In this document: positions 8,713 through 16,835 of the stretch, one piece after another
How positions within the stretch are numbered: position 1 is the stretch's first letter
How the letters are laid out: every line of letters begins with the position of its first letter
From: an uncultured Woeseiaceae bacterium
GTDB lineage: Bacteria > Pseudomonadota > Gammaproteobacteria > Steroidobacterales > Woeseiaceae
DNA: 41,233 nt
Reading direction: 5' to 3'
Assembly: GCA_964456535.1 (NCBI GenBank)
Contig: CAYWBZ010000001.1
Coordinates: forward strand, 14,522 to 55,754
Notes under the pieces: model-generated
The model's database searches: none
What the model saw: only the letters and a program-made list of their open reading frames with translations
Told to the model about the DNA's origin: nothing
Made by a program: the position numbers and the translations under genes

Positions 8713-10359
8713 CTAACGCTGGTAGGCGTACTCGGGTGACGTAACGATAAAGTAGATAGTTTCTGCAACTCGAATCGCCGCATCTGCTTCAGGTATAAGA
8801 GCAAGCATCCCGGCTATTTCATTTCGCAATGTTGTAGAGATCTCCCCGCCTAGAAGTTTGCCCGCGACCGAGTCAATTAATTGATCGATGTCCGCCGCGA
8901 TTGGCAACTCCGATTCGAAGTTGATGAACACGTCATCGGGCCGCAAAGTCTGATTGAGTGAATTCAACCGGAAAACTTGCCCAAACATATAGTTGGTGAC
9001 GAAGGTGTTTTGATATTCGGTCGCGATCTCAAGTTCCGGCGCGACCAGGTTAGCGTCCTGTATCTCGCCGGGTGGCGCATAAAAGGGACTGAAAAAATTG
9101 AAAACGTGCGACGCTTGCAACGGCCCTTGGCCAAATACGATATTGGCGAAGTTGAGAGGGTATCCACCACCATTGGACATTGCATCATAAGCGCGCCATA
9201 ACTGCGTCAGTCGTAACAACGGTTCCTTTATTTTTCCATCGCGTTCAGTTTGAACGGCCGGATGTGCTTCGGCATCCAGCAAGATCGCCTTCACAACCGC
9301 AGCAAGGTCACCACGCACTCCCGACCCATTGTTGTTAAATATGGCCGCAACACGCGACACATAAGCGGGCGATGGATTACTCGTGACCAGGCGATGAATG
9401 AGCCTGACCGCGATGAATGGGCCAACATTTGGGTGATTAAAAATATTATCGAGCGCAGTGCTTAGATCGGCGACACCACCTTGGCCCGCAAGTAGCAGCT
9501 CGCCGTTTAGAAGCGTTTTCGAGCCCGCATCATGGAATTCTTCCCACAACTCCATTGGGGTTACCTGGTTCCGTGGTGTTCCTCGCGCCTCCTGAAAACC
9601 AGGCGAATTGGCCCATGTCCATCCTGTGAAGACATGTGCGAAGCCTTCGATTATCTCCTGGTTGTAGGTAGGAATTGTGCGTCCCTGGCCGTCGAGTTTG
9701 TTGCTTCCGTCAGTGTTGAGCTCAACGAGACCGATGGAAAACAGCTGCATCAACTCGCGGGCATAATTTTCATCTGGCCGAATATTCAGAGCAGCGTTTG
9801 GCTTTTCGTTACCCAGCATGCTGAGATAAACGCCCATCGCGGGGTGCAACGTGACCTCCGCGATCAGGTCTCGATAATTTCCAAATGCGTTGCGCGCAAG
9901 CAGATCATAGTAGTCCGCTAACGCAAACGGCGCGTTATTTAGCGCGCCGAGCTGTGAAACGACCATTACCTCGGAGAGCGCGAACGCAACTCGTTGGCGA
10001 AGCTGGTCTTCACCATGCAGTGCGTTTCTAAACCAGATATCTACTCGATCGGCCTGTAGCTGAAACGGAAACTGTGGTGTCGGAACAGACTGCACGTGCG
10101 GTAGCTGCAACGACACTGGCTTCGTTATCTGGTCATCAATCCACGCCTCCTGACGCATCGCTATAACCTGGGTCGCCTCAGACTCGAGCGCGCCAAATGT
10201 TGTTTGATTCAGGAATTGAAATACTTCTGCCTTGGAAAGTGGCGTTGGCAGCGGCGGAGGTGGTGGTGGCGTCGGACCGGATCCGCCCCCGGAACCACCG
10301 CAACCGGCAAGACCAAGCAGTAACCATGCTGATAGTAAGATTAGTCTGTTCATACTCAA
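8713..10359 (-). CDS. DUF1800 domain lipoprotein
   Basis: Lipobox LAGC followed by a Gly/Pro linker (GGSGGGSGPTPPPPPPLP). Length is about 550 aa. It sits in the canonical position immediately upstream of DUF1501. Confidence 0.8.
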   Translation of the reverse strand: MSMNRLILLSAWLLLGLAGCGGSGGGSGPTPPPPPPLPTPLSKAEVFQFLNQTTFGALESEATQVIAMRQEAWIDDQITKPVSLQLPHVQSVPTPQFPFQLQADRVDIWFRNALHGEDQLRQRVAFALSEVMVVSQLGALNNAPFALADYYDLLARNAFGNYRDLIAEVTLHPAMGVYLSMLGNEKPNAALNIRPDENYARELMQLFSIGLVELNTDGSNKLDGQGRTIPTYNQEIIEGFAHVFTGWTWANSPGFQEARGTPRNQVTPMELWEEFHDAGSKTLLNGELLLAGQGGVADLSTALDNIFNHPNVGPFIAVRLIHRLVTSNPSPAYVSRVAAIFNNNGSGVRGDLAAVVKAILLDAEAHPAVQTERDGKIKEPLLRLTQLWRAYDAMSNGGGYPLNFANIVFGQGPLQASHVFNFFSPFYAPPGEIQDANLVAPELEIATEYQNTFVTNYMFGQVFRLNSLNQTLRPDDVFINFESELPIAADIDQLIDSVAGKLLGGEISTTLRNEIAGMLALIPEADAAIRVAETIYFIVTSPEYAYQR

Positions 10360-10382
10360 TTCTCTGACTCAGTTCTTCGCGC

Positions 10383-10802
10383 TCATTTTTGTGCGGCTAG
10401 TGCCTCTAGGTAAGCAATCTGCTCAGCGTTCAGCAGGTTCTTTAGTCTTACCAGCATCGCCATCTGCTTCTTCTTAACCTGGTTTTCTGCCAATAAAGCC
10501 TTGTTCGCGTGCTTCAACACTTTGGCCTCATTGATCGGTGCCTTGTCGAGCTCCAGCATTAGCGCCTGATACGCCTCTCGCATATCCCATTCGTGCTCGG
10601 CGACCCCGGACTGTACCTCTACGACAGCAGCTCGAATTTCAGTGAACTGCTGCTTCGTAAGATGGAGCTCCGCCTGCTGCTCCAGGATGATATTGGGGGC
10701 AAATAATTTACCCTTGAATACATCCGCCTTCAGGTTTTCTGCGAAAGCCGTGCCTGTTCCCAGACAGACGATCGCAGTGATCAATAAAAATACCTTTCTC
10801 AT
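10383..10802 (-). CDS. Periplasmic LTXXQ-motif protein (Spy/CpxP/ZraP/CnrX-like)
   Basis: Signal peptide ending in AFA. LTKQQ and LNAEQ motifs in a helical protein of about 140 aa. Its ATG overlaps the anti-sigma stop (ATGA). Confidence 0.7.
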   Translation of the reverse strand: MRKVFLLITAIVCLGTGTAFAENLKADVFKGKLFAPNIILEQQAELHLTKQQFTEIRAAVVEVQSGVAEHEWDMREAYQALMLELDKAPINEAKVLKHANKALLAENQVKKKQMAMLVRLKNLLNAEQIAYLEALAAQK

Positions 10803-11173
10803 AGTAACGCTCCTGCACTGGTATCGGTTGACTCGAAGATCCGTGGAATTTCCCGATATATGTCAAAGTGGTGTTCGGGGAGCAAAGCATCGCTGGGCGC
10901 CGACCAGTAAGTCGTCTCCACTAACGCCTCTACATCCACGTACGTAAATTCTTCTTTCTGTGCTGGCAGCAATCCGATCGCAAGCAGCGCAATTGCTGCG
11001 ACCGCCGCAGCACCCGCGAACTGCACTCTGCGTCTGTCTCGCACCGTGCGTTCTGCTGCACCGAATACTCTGCCGAAGTCCGGTGCCGAGCCATCTGCCT
11101 GCTGTTGTGCCTTCTGCAACGAGGCACTTAATTCCTGGTCATCTCTATTCATGATTGGAGTCTCTGCCATCAT
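10799..11173 (-). CDS. Single-pass membrane protein, candidate anti-sigma factor
   Basis: It lies directly downstream of the ECF sigma gene and overlaps it. One TM helix (AAAVAAIALLAIGLL). There is no Cys and no ZAS motif. The start is ambiguous (ATG at 11173, 11170 or 11152). Confidence 0.6.
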   Translation of the reverse strand: MMAETPIMNRDDQELSASLQKAQQQADGSAPDFGRVFGAAERTVRDRRRVQFAGAAAVAAIALLAIGLLPAQKEEFTYVDVEALVETTYWSAPSDALLPEHHFDIYREIPRIFESTDTSAGALL

Positions 11174-11675
11174 CGAGCTTTGCTCGTAACGATTTCTTGG
11201 CACGGTCGTAATGCACTCGGCCTGTACCGGTGGTGACACCCATAACTCGGGAAGCATCTTCTATGGTCATTTCGCGACAGAACACGAGTTCAATAATGTC
11301 TCGCTGGCGCTGCGGTAGTTCCTGCACGGCTAGCCACAGCCCCGGATTTTCATCCGTTGTCACTGCCGCGACCGACCTTTCAAGAGTGTTTCGCTCGACA
11401 ACCTGGACAAGGCGCATGCGCGATGCCATGCGGCGATAACGACCTTTCGCCAGATTTTGAATAACCGAGAAAACAAACGTCTTCAGCGAAGAACGTTCTT
11501 CGAACTTCGCTTTGCCGGTTAATAATTCAACGTATGCCTGCTGCACAAGATCCTCCGCTACCGTGCGATCAAAATCGCAACGGGAGAGAGCCCAACCGAA
11601 TACCTGGTCGTGCATGGCTTCCAATGCCGATCGAGATATGTGTGGATTTTTTTCCAGAACATCACTGTCTCTCAT
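11145..11675 (-). CDS. ECF-type RNA polymerase sigma-70 family factor
   Basis: Region 2 (DLVQQAYVELL) and region 4 HTH (RQRDIIELVFCREMTIEDASRVMGVTTGTGRVHYDRAKKSLR). GGGAGAGGG Shine-Dalgarno. Confidence 0.9.
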   Translation of the reverse strand: MRDSDVLEKNPHISRSALEAMHDQVFGWALSRCDFDRTVAEDLVQQAYVELLTGKAKFEERSSLKTFVFSVIQNLAKGRYRRMASRMRLVQVVERNTLERSVAAVTTDENPGLWLAVQELPQRQRDIIELVFCREMTIEDASRVMGVTTGTGRVHYDRAKKSLRAKLDDGRDSNHE

Positions 11676-11738
11676 GCCCTCTCCCGATTACTTGGTGGCA
11701 TGAGATAGATGCTCATATGACAACGGACGGATGCGAAA

Positions 11739-13295
11739 TTAGCTGGGAGTGCGTCTTATGGTAAGTCCGAATGCAGTGCTACCGACACGAAAGCCAGATG
11801 CGGTTTGATGCAGGGTTAGTGAAATGGGTTCATCGCAACCCACCGGATGAAATACCAGCAGAATGGTGATGCCATGTTCTTCCGTATCCGAACGGTTGCT
11901 GACGCCAGCATCACATTGCACTATGAAACTGTCATCAACGAACGCGCCGAGATCATTGAGGCAATGCAAATAGGTCAGCACCTGGCCATGCAATCGAGTA
12001 GCCAGTGTGGCGTCTTCAGGCTCGAATACGGCCCAGCGAGTCGCCTTCGCGATCGTGTTGATTATTTGCAGACAGAAACGCCTCACCGGCAACTTCGAAA
12101 ATTTCGCGTAGGCCTCGCTACCACGGCCCATCGTGACGGACCCGGATAAGCGAGCCTTACCAATCGAACCACTCACAATGACATTCAGGCCTGCGCGCAT
12201 TAGCAGCGTTTCGTCGTCATCGCTTAACTCGTGCTCGGGCCTCAGCCTCCGGTGCAAGCCCAGACCTTGCTGATCGAGCATTTGCCACGGGCCATATGTC
12301 CGATCCTGTTTGCACAGCAGACCGGCGATCGCGCCACCGACCGGTCGTGCAACTCCATCATCATCACCTCGCACCCTGACTCGTGGAAAATAGCCGAGCA
12401 GGTTGGGGCTGGCGTAGCCCAGATCACGAACGCCGTTGATAGCCTCCCTTGCCGTTGACCAGTCAGACAACGGATCAACGATCAACATCGCACCGCGTTC
12501 CCGGCTGTATTGTTCAGCTGCAAGAATAGCTACTGGCCCGACATCCCTGCCCTTGCCAGTCGGTGGCAGGTAGAGCAGATCGAAGTGTTCAACATGATGC
12601 AGGGCGAACAAGCCACTTCGCTCGCGTCGCGATCCGATCAGATCGTAGTTTGAAAGTTCGGTCCCATCCGTGCCCGCTTGAATATGATCGATATAGGTAG
12701 ATTCATACGATCGACCGGACGCAGTCGTTCGCTCCGGGCGATGAGTCGGATACGGCTGTTCGACCTGCGCTATTTCCGACGCCCGCAGTTCATCGGCTAC
12801 GAACCTGTCGGAACCCTCTTCCCATGATAGTTTGCGAAAGAACTCCTGATCGATCACTGTGCCGACCGATGGGTTCACGCGCTGCAACGTAAGGTTGAAC
12901 AGGTCGTCGCTGTCTTCGTCAATGCCATCGAAATCGACGGCTGCGCGAATGAACTCTGTCGATCCTGGCTCTACTGCACGTAACACCAATGCAGAACCGC
13001 TCGCTGGCAAACACAGCATCGCACCGCGCGCATTATTGGCTACGCGAATGACATACAGCCGTTTACCACCATGATCAAAGAACTGTTTTGCGGCCGGTCC
13101 GAGACTTGATCGTCCCCAGACATCACCGAAACGACGGCGAAACTCGCCAAAGTTAGAAACCAGAAGCGGTGAATTCAAGGGACCACGAAGCGCACGGCCA
13201 ACGAAAGCGGCCGTGGTTTCTGGGCAAGCATCGACGGGTTGATCCATCGCTGCGATTTCTGTGACCGTGATACCGCGGTCAACTGCATCTGACAA
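11739..13295 (-). CDS. Diverged phage tail sheath family protein (orphan)
   Basis: The N-terminus (RGITVTEI...TTAAFVGRALRGPLNSPLLVSNFGEFRRRFG) and C-terminus (LPVRRFCLQIINTIAKATRWAVFEPEDATLATRLHGQVLTYLHCLNDLGAFVDDSFIVQCD) follow the Phage_sheath_1/1C pattern. TTG start with GGAGA 5 nt upstream. Confidence 0.7.
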   Translation of the reverse strand: MSDAVDRGITVTEIAAMDQPVDACPETTAAFVGRALRGPLNSPLLVSNFGEFRRRFGDVWGRSSLGPAAKQFFDHGGKRLYVIRVANNARGAMLCLPASGSALVLRAVEPGSTEFIRAAVDFDGIDEDSDDLFNLTLQRVNPSVGTVIDQEFFRKLSWEEGSDRFVADELRASEIAQVEQPYPTHRPERTTASGRSYESTYIDHIQAGTDGTELSNYDLIGSRRERSGLFALHHVEHFDLLYLPPTGKGRDVGPVAILAAEQYSRERGAMLIVDPLSDWSTAREAINGVRDLGYASPNLLGYFPRVRVRGDDDGVARPVGGAIAGLLCKQDRTYGPWQMLDQQGLGLHRRLRPEHELSDDDETLLMRAGLNVIVSGSIGKARLSGSVTMGRGSEAYAKFSKLPVRRFCLQIINTIAKATRWAVFEPEDATLATRLHGQVLTYLHCLNDLGAFVDDSFIVQCDAGVSNRSDTEEHGITILLVFHPVGCDEPISLTLHQTASGFRVGSTAFGLTIRRTPS

Positions 13296-13379
13296 ACCTG
13301 TCTCCGAACCTGGTCAGATAAGCGTTGCCACATTCTAAACATTCGCGATCAAGTGTGCACTTGGTTAATCTCGACGATC

Positions 13380-14432
13380 ATGGCTGATTACCTGGCAAAC
13401 GCATATCCGAGGCTCGCGGGAAAACTGCGAAAGTGCTCGTTTGCCTCGTTACCAACGCCGATTTCTCATCACGAGATAAAGCTGCCCTCCGGAACTCGCT
13501 CCCTGTCGGTCAAACATGATGACCAGACCGGTGACATCTACGGCGGCAACAAAGTCCGCAAACTTGAATACATTCTGCAACGTGCGCAAGATCGTGGTGC
13601 AGAACGTATCGCGACGTTCGGCGCGGTTGGCTCGAATCATGCATTGGCGACCGCCATTTTTGCCAGGCAATTCGGTTTTGACTGCACGTGCTTTCTGGCA
13701 CATCAAAAACGCACGCCGAATATTCCCAGGGCGCTCAACATGCATCTCAAACTCGGCACCGAACTTGTGCGTTATGGTGGCAGCATTGACCGGCTTGAGC
13801 TGTTTCGGCGCTATCTACAAAACCGCAAGACCTGGGTCATTCCATTGGGCGGTACCTGTTGGCTGGGCGCAATCGGATTCGTCAATGCCGGGCTTGAGCT
13901 TGCGGCACAGATCGATTCCGACGAACTCGAAGCGCCCGACCGCATTTACATTGCCAACGGCACGATGGGCAGCGTTGCAGGACTTGCTGTCGGAATCGCC
14001 ATAGCAGGGTTGCCGATCGAAATTCACGCCGTACGAGTCGCCGATAATCGATTTGCGAAGCGGGAAGTACTTGATCGCTTGATGATCAAAACGACCACGC
14101 TACTTAATCGTCTGGATCCTTCAATCCCACTCGAAGCAGCAACACGAACCAGAGTTATCTGGCGAGATGATTTCTATGCGGGCGGCTATGCGGCGGTTGA
14201 TGACGTAACTACTCGTGCCGTTGAATTTGCGAGGGATGCTCTGGGGCTTACTCTTGATACGACATATACAGGCAAGGCGATGGCAGCGCTATTGCACGAT
14301 TTGGAGGTGAGCGATGAGGGTACCTCGACACTCTTCTGGAATACCTACAATTCAAGACCGCTGCCATCCATCGATAGTGACAGGCTCTCACTACAAGACC
14401 TGCCAGAGCAATTTCGACGATATTACGAGTGA
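13380..14432 (+). CDS. PLP-dependent ACC deaminase / D-cysteine desulfhydrase family enzyme
   Basis: GGNKVRKLEY signature with the PLP lysine. Length about 350 aa. The ATG at 13380 is preferred over the upstream GTG at 13353. Confidence 0.85.
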   Translation: MADYLANAYPRLAGKLRKCSFASLPTPISHHEIKLPSGTRSLSVKHDDQTGDIYGGNKVRKLEYILQRAQDRGAERIATFGAVGSNHALATAIFARQFGFDCTCFLAHQKRTPNIPRALNMHLKLGTELVRYGGSIDRLELFRRYLQNRKTWVIPLGGTCWLGAIGFVNAGLELAAQIDSDELEAPDRIYIANGTMGSVAGLAVGIAIAGLPIEIHAVRVADNRFAKREVLDRLMIKTTTLLNRLDPSIPLEAATRTRVIWRDDFYAGGYAAVDDVTTRAVEFARDALGLTLDTTYTGKAMAALLHDLEVSDEGTSTLFWNTYNSRPLPSIDSDRLSLQDLPEQFRRYYE

Positions 14433-14441
14433 ATTGGTCCT

Positions 14442-14747
14442 TTAATTCACGGGAGTGGAGACAACGCCAGCGATTCGGGTCAACTCCTCAACGTGCGCCG
14501 AAAATGCTTTCCTGCCGGCCTTCGTAAGACTGGCCCACATACGCTGACGGCCATTCACGGCACCTTTTCTAAAAGTTACATAACCAGCCTCCTCGAGTTG
14601 TTTCAGATGCTTGGACAACACGGAATCACTAACATCCAGTTCGTCGCGAAGCACCTGGAACTCGGCCTCTTGCAGCGGTGTCAGGAAAGCGCAGATTTGC
14701 AGGCGATTGGGTGCATGAATGACAGTATTGAGGCGTGCCTTTGTCAT
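14442..14747 (-). CDS. Winged-helix transcriptional regulator (ArsR/HTH_34-like)
   Basis: VIHAPNRLQICAFL...FQVLRDELDVSDSVLSKHLKQLEEAGYVTFRK wHTH pattern. Overlaps the upstream membrane-protein gene. Confidence 0.8.
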   Translation of the reverse strand: MTKARLNTVIHAPNRLQICAFLTPLQEAEFQVLRDELDVSDSVLSKHLKQLEEAGYVTFRKGAVNGRQRMWASLTKAGRKAFSAHVEELTRIAGVVSTPVN

Positions 14748-15211
14748 TACCCCTGCCCTCCACCTGCCTTGGCAATGTAGGCGCGCCGCTCGTGCTCGCT
14801 GGCCAGGAACACGGTCAGCCCAACCAGCAATCCGGTGATAACTGACACCCAGGGGGCATCATAAGTTCGCCGAATGAAAATCGAGCCAAAAAAAACGACA
14901 AACAATACAGCGGCAAATAGTACCAGCATCCACTTATTCGATTTGCCGTCTGGAAAGTCTCGCCCATACGCGCCAACTTTCTCACGACCGGAAGCAATGA
15001 GCACTGCGATTCCGATTATCGGGAATACGATATAAGGATACGGGTCCTCCAGCGCATAAACAGCGAACATACTTCCCATCAGGGTCGCTATCCCGGCACC
15101 AAACCAGCGTTCAGGTACTGCTCGCCGCCAGCCAGCACCCTCCATCTTCGCTACTGAATCAAGGGCTCCCCGCGCCTCGTCCGGCGTCAAATCTTCTTTT
15201 TCATTAATCAT
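14747..15211 (-). CDS. Integral membrane protein (hypothetical), co-transcribed with the wHTH regulator
   Basis: About 4 hydrophobic helices. The ATG at 15211 (MINEKEDL) follows GGAAAGAGAAG. The longer ORF to 15334 runs through operator-like repeats. Confidence 0.65.
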   Translation of the reverse strand: MINEKEDLTPDEARGALDSVAKMEGAGWRRAVPERWFGAGIATLMGSMFAVYALEDPYPYIVFPIIGIAVLIASGREKVGAYGRDFPDGKSNKWMLVLFAAVLFVVFFGSIFIRRTYDAPWVSVITGLLVGLTVFLASEHERRAYIAKAGGGQG

Positions 15212-15220
15212 TAATCTTCT

Positions 15221-15294
15221 CTTTCCATGTTGGAAAGTGAAGTATATACCATCTCTTTCCATATTGGCAAGACATATGTTGCCGAATTGGAAAG
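15221..15294. promoter_or_regulatory. Three operator-like boxes, CTTTCCA-N3-TGGAAAG
   Basis: 15221-15237 is a perfect 7-3-7 palindrome. 15255-15271 matches 6/7 per arm. 15278-15294 has a perfect right arm and a degenerate left arm. All lie in the divergent intergenic region between the membrane/wHTH operon and the small plus-strand gene. Confidence 0.5.
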
Positions 15295-15388
15295 AACCCC
15301 AGCATGGCTTCTCGCGTAACGCCGATGTGGCCACAGTTTTCGGGCCTTGTGGTACGTTCGTCTTACTGCTTTCAATCAGGAGAACACT

Positions 15389-15574
15389 ATGAAAACCCTT
15401 AAGTGCGACCTATGCGATACAACCGCAGACGGTGAAACATTCGAAGACTGGATGACAGCACTTCGCCCTCATTACATGGAGGCTCATGCTGACGTGATGA
15501 GTGACTCCAGTAAGACCAAGGAAGACATGGAGAGATGGATGGCCGAGAACAAGGCAAGGTTTGACGCTGCCTAG
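15389..15574 (+). CDS. Small DUF1059-like protein (hypothetical)
   Basis: AGGAG Shine-Dalgarno 7 nt before the ATG at 15389. MKTLKCDLCD...EAHADVM resembles small metal-binding DUF1059 proteins. Confidence 0.6.
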   Translation: MKTLKCDLCDTTADGETFEDWMTALRPHYMEAHADVMSDSSKTKEDMERWMAENKARFDAA

Positions 15575-15667
15575 AACAGGCTCGCCGGCACCATTGTCAG
15601 GTTCGCCTGGTGATGTGCCAGCACGTAATGCCGAGCGAAAAAATCGGCGATGCCTAGGACAGTCCAT

Positions 15668-16810
15668 TTACAGGGTCTCGTCTTTTTCCCCATCCACTTC
15701 GTCCATCATTGCCCTGATTTCGTCGAGCGTCATTTCGTTGGGATCTTGCTCCACGATATTGTGCACCACACGAGCGCGGGCCAGCATCTCGTTCGCATCA
15801 TACTGAACGATGCTGACCGGTACTCCGCTTGCTGTGGCCGACAATGAAACGATGTGCTGTTGCAAGTGATCGTTGAATGCTTGTCCCGCGGCATCTACCT
15901 GCACGTCCAGTAACGCCTGCAAACGATCTTCCGCCAGGACCGCATCGTCTTCGAGCGGTGCATGTGCCTCGAAGTAGAGCACACCGTCTTTGCGGCCCAT
16001 TTGATACGGCTCATTCATGATCGTCACGACTTCACCGACATCGACCAGCGTGTAGAGGAACTCGATGTTCTCCGGATACAGGCGGACGCAACCGTGGCTT
16101 ACGCGCATACCCACTCCATAGGGCTGATTGGTGCCGTGGATCAGGTAGCCCGGCATATCCAATTTAAGTACGCGTGTACCCAGCGGATTATCTGGCCCTG
16201 GAGGAATGAGGGATGGCAGCGGGTCACCCATCTCAGCATGCTCCTGGCGCACAGATGCCGGCACCCACCACGATGGATCTTTCGCTTTCGCAACGACCGT
16301 TGTGTCACCAAGCGGCGTTTCCCAGCCGACGCGACCGATGCCGATTGGATACGTCAGTACCTGTTGCAGCTCGTCTTCGGCAGGTTTCGGATAGTAGAAA
16401 AGTCGCTTGGTAGCGATGTTCAGAATCACGCCGCGTTTCGGCGCGTCGGGCAGCACGTATTGCGTTGGCAATAGCACGGGTGTGCCCTCGCCTGGTAGCC
16501 ACGGATCCATACCAGGGTTCGCGGCAATAAGATCGTCATAGCCAAGACCGTAGGTCCTCGCCAGATCTGAAAAAGTATCCTCCGCGCCCGCCAGGACAAT
16601 CTGCGGCTCACCGATAACAGTTTGCTCGTGCGTGGCTAGCGTGAATGTGTTGCCATCGATCGGGTCGTGAACGGGCCTGTCTTCGATCGGCACGAAATCC
16701 GGCCCCGCACCCCTGCCGGCCAGCAGCCCGTCGAGCGTCTCGCAACCGGTTATTGCGAAAATCGCGGCTAAAAGTAGTGTTCGCGAGACAATTTGGTGTC
16801 GTTTGAACAA
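15668..16810 (-). CDS. L,D-transpeptidase family lipoprotein (LysM + YkuD domain)
   Basis: Lipobox ITGC. LysM-like TFSDLARTYGLGYDDLIAANPG. Catalytic motifs HGTN...SHGCVRL. Confidence 0.9.
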   Translation of the reverse strand: MFKRHQIVSRTLLLAAIFAITGCETLDGLLAGRGAGPDFVPIEDRPVHDPIDGNTFTLATHEQTVIGEPQIVLAGAEDTFSDLARTYGLGYDDLIAANPGMDPWLPGEGTPVLLPTQYVLPDAPKRGVILNIATKRLFYYPKPAEDELQQVLTYPIGIGRVGWETPLGDTTVVAKAKDPSWWVPASVRQEHAEMGDPLPSLIPPGPDNPLGTRVLKLDMPGYLIHGTNQPYGVGMRVSHGCVRLYPENIEFLYTLVDVGEVVTIMNEPYQMGRKDGVLYFEAHAPLEDDAVLAEDRLQALLDVQVDAAGQAFNDHLQQHIVSLSATASGVPVSIVQYDANEMLARARVVHNIVEQDPNEMTLDEIRAMMDEVDGEKDETL

Positions 16811-16835
16811 TCGAGTCTTCCGAGTGGCTGGCCGC

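Noticed and set aside
11739-13295. Calling the region around the sheath-like gene a prophage or mobile element.
   Set aside because: There is no integrase, terminase, capsid, tube, baseplate, repeat boundary or tRNA target anywhere in the window. The neighbours are ordinary chromosomal genes, so the gene is reported only as an orphan.
15575-15667. Weak hairpin GCCGA-N9-TCGGC between the convergent small gene and the L,D-transpeptidase gene.
   Set aside because: The stem is only 5 bp with a large A-rich loop and no clear T-tract. That is not enough to call a terminator.
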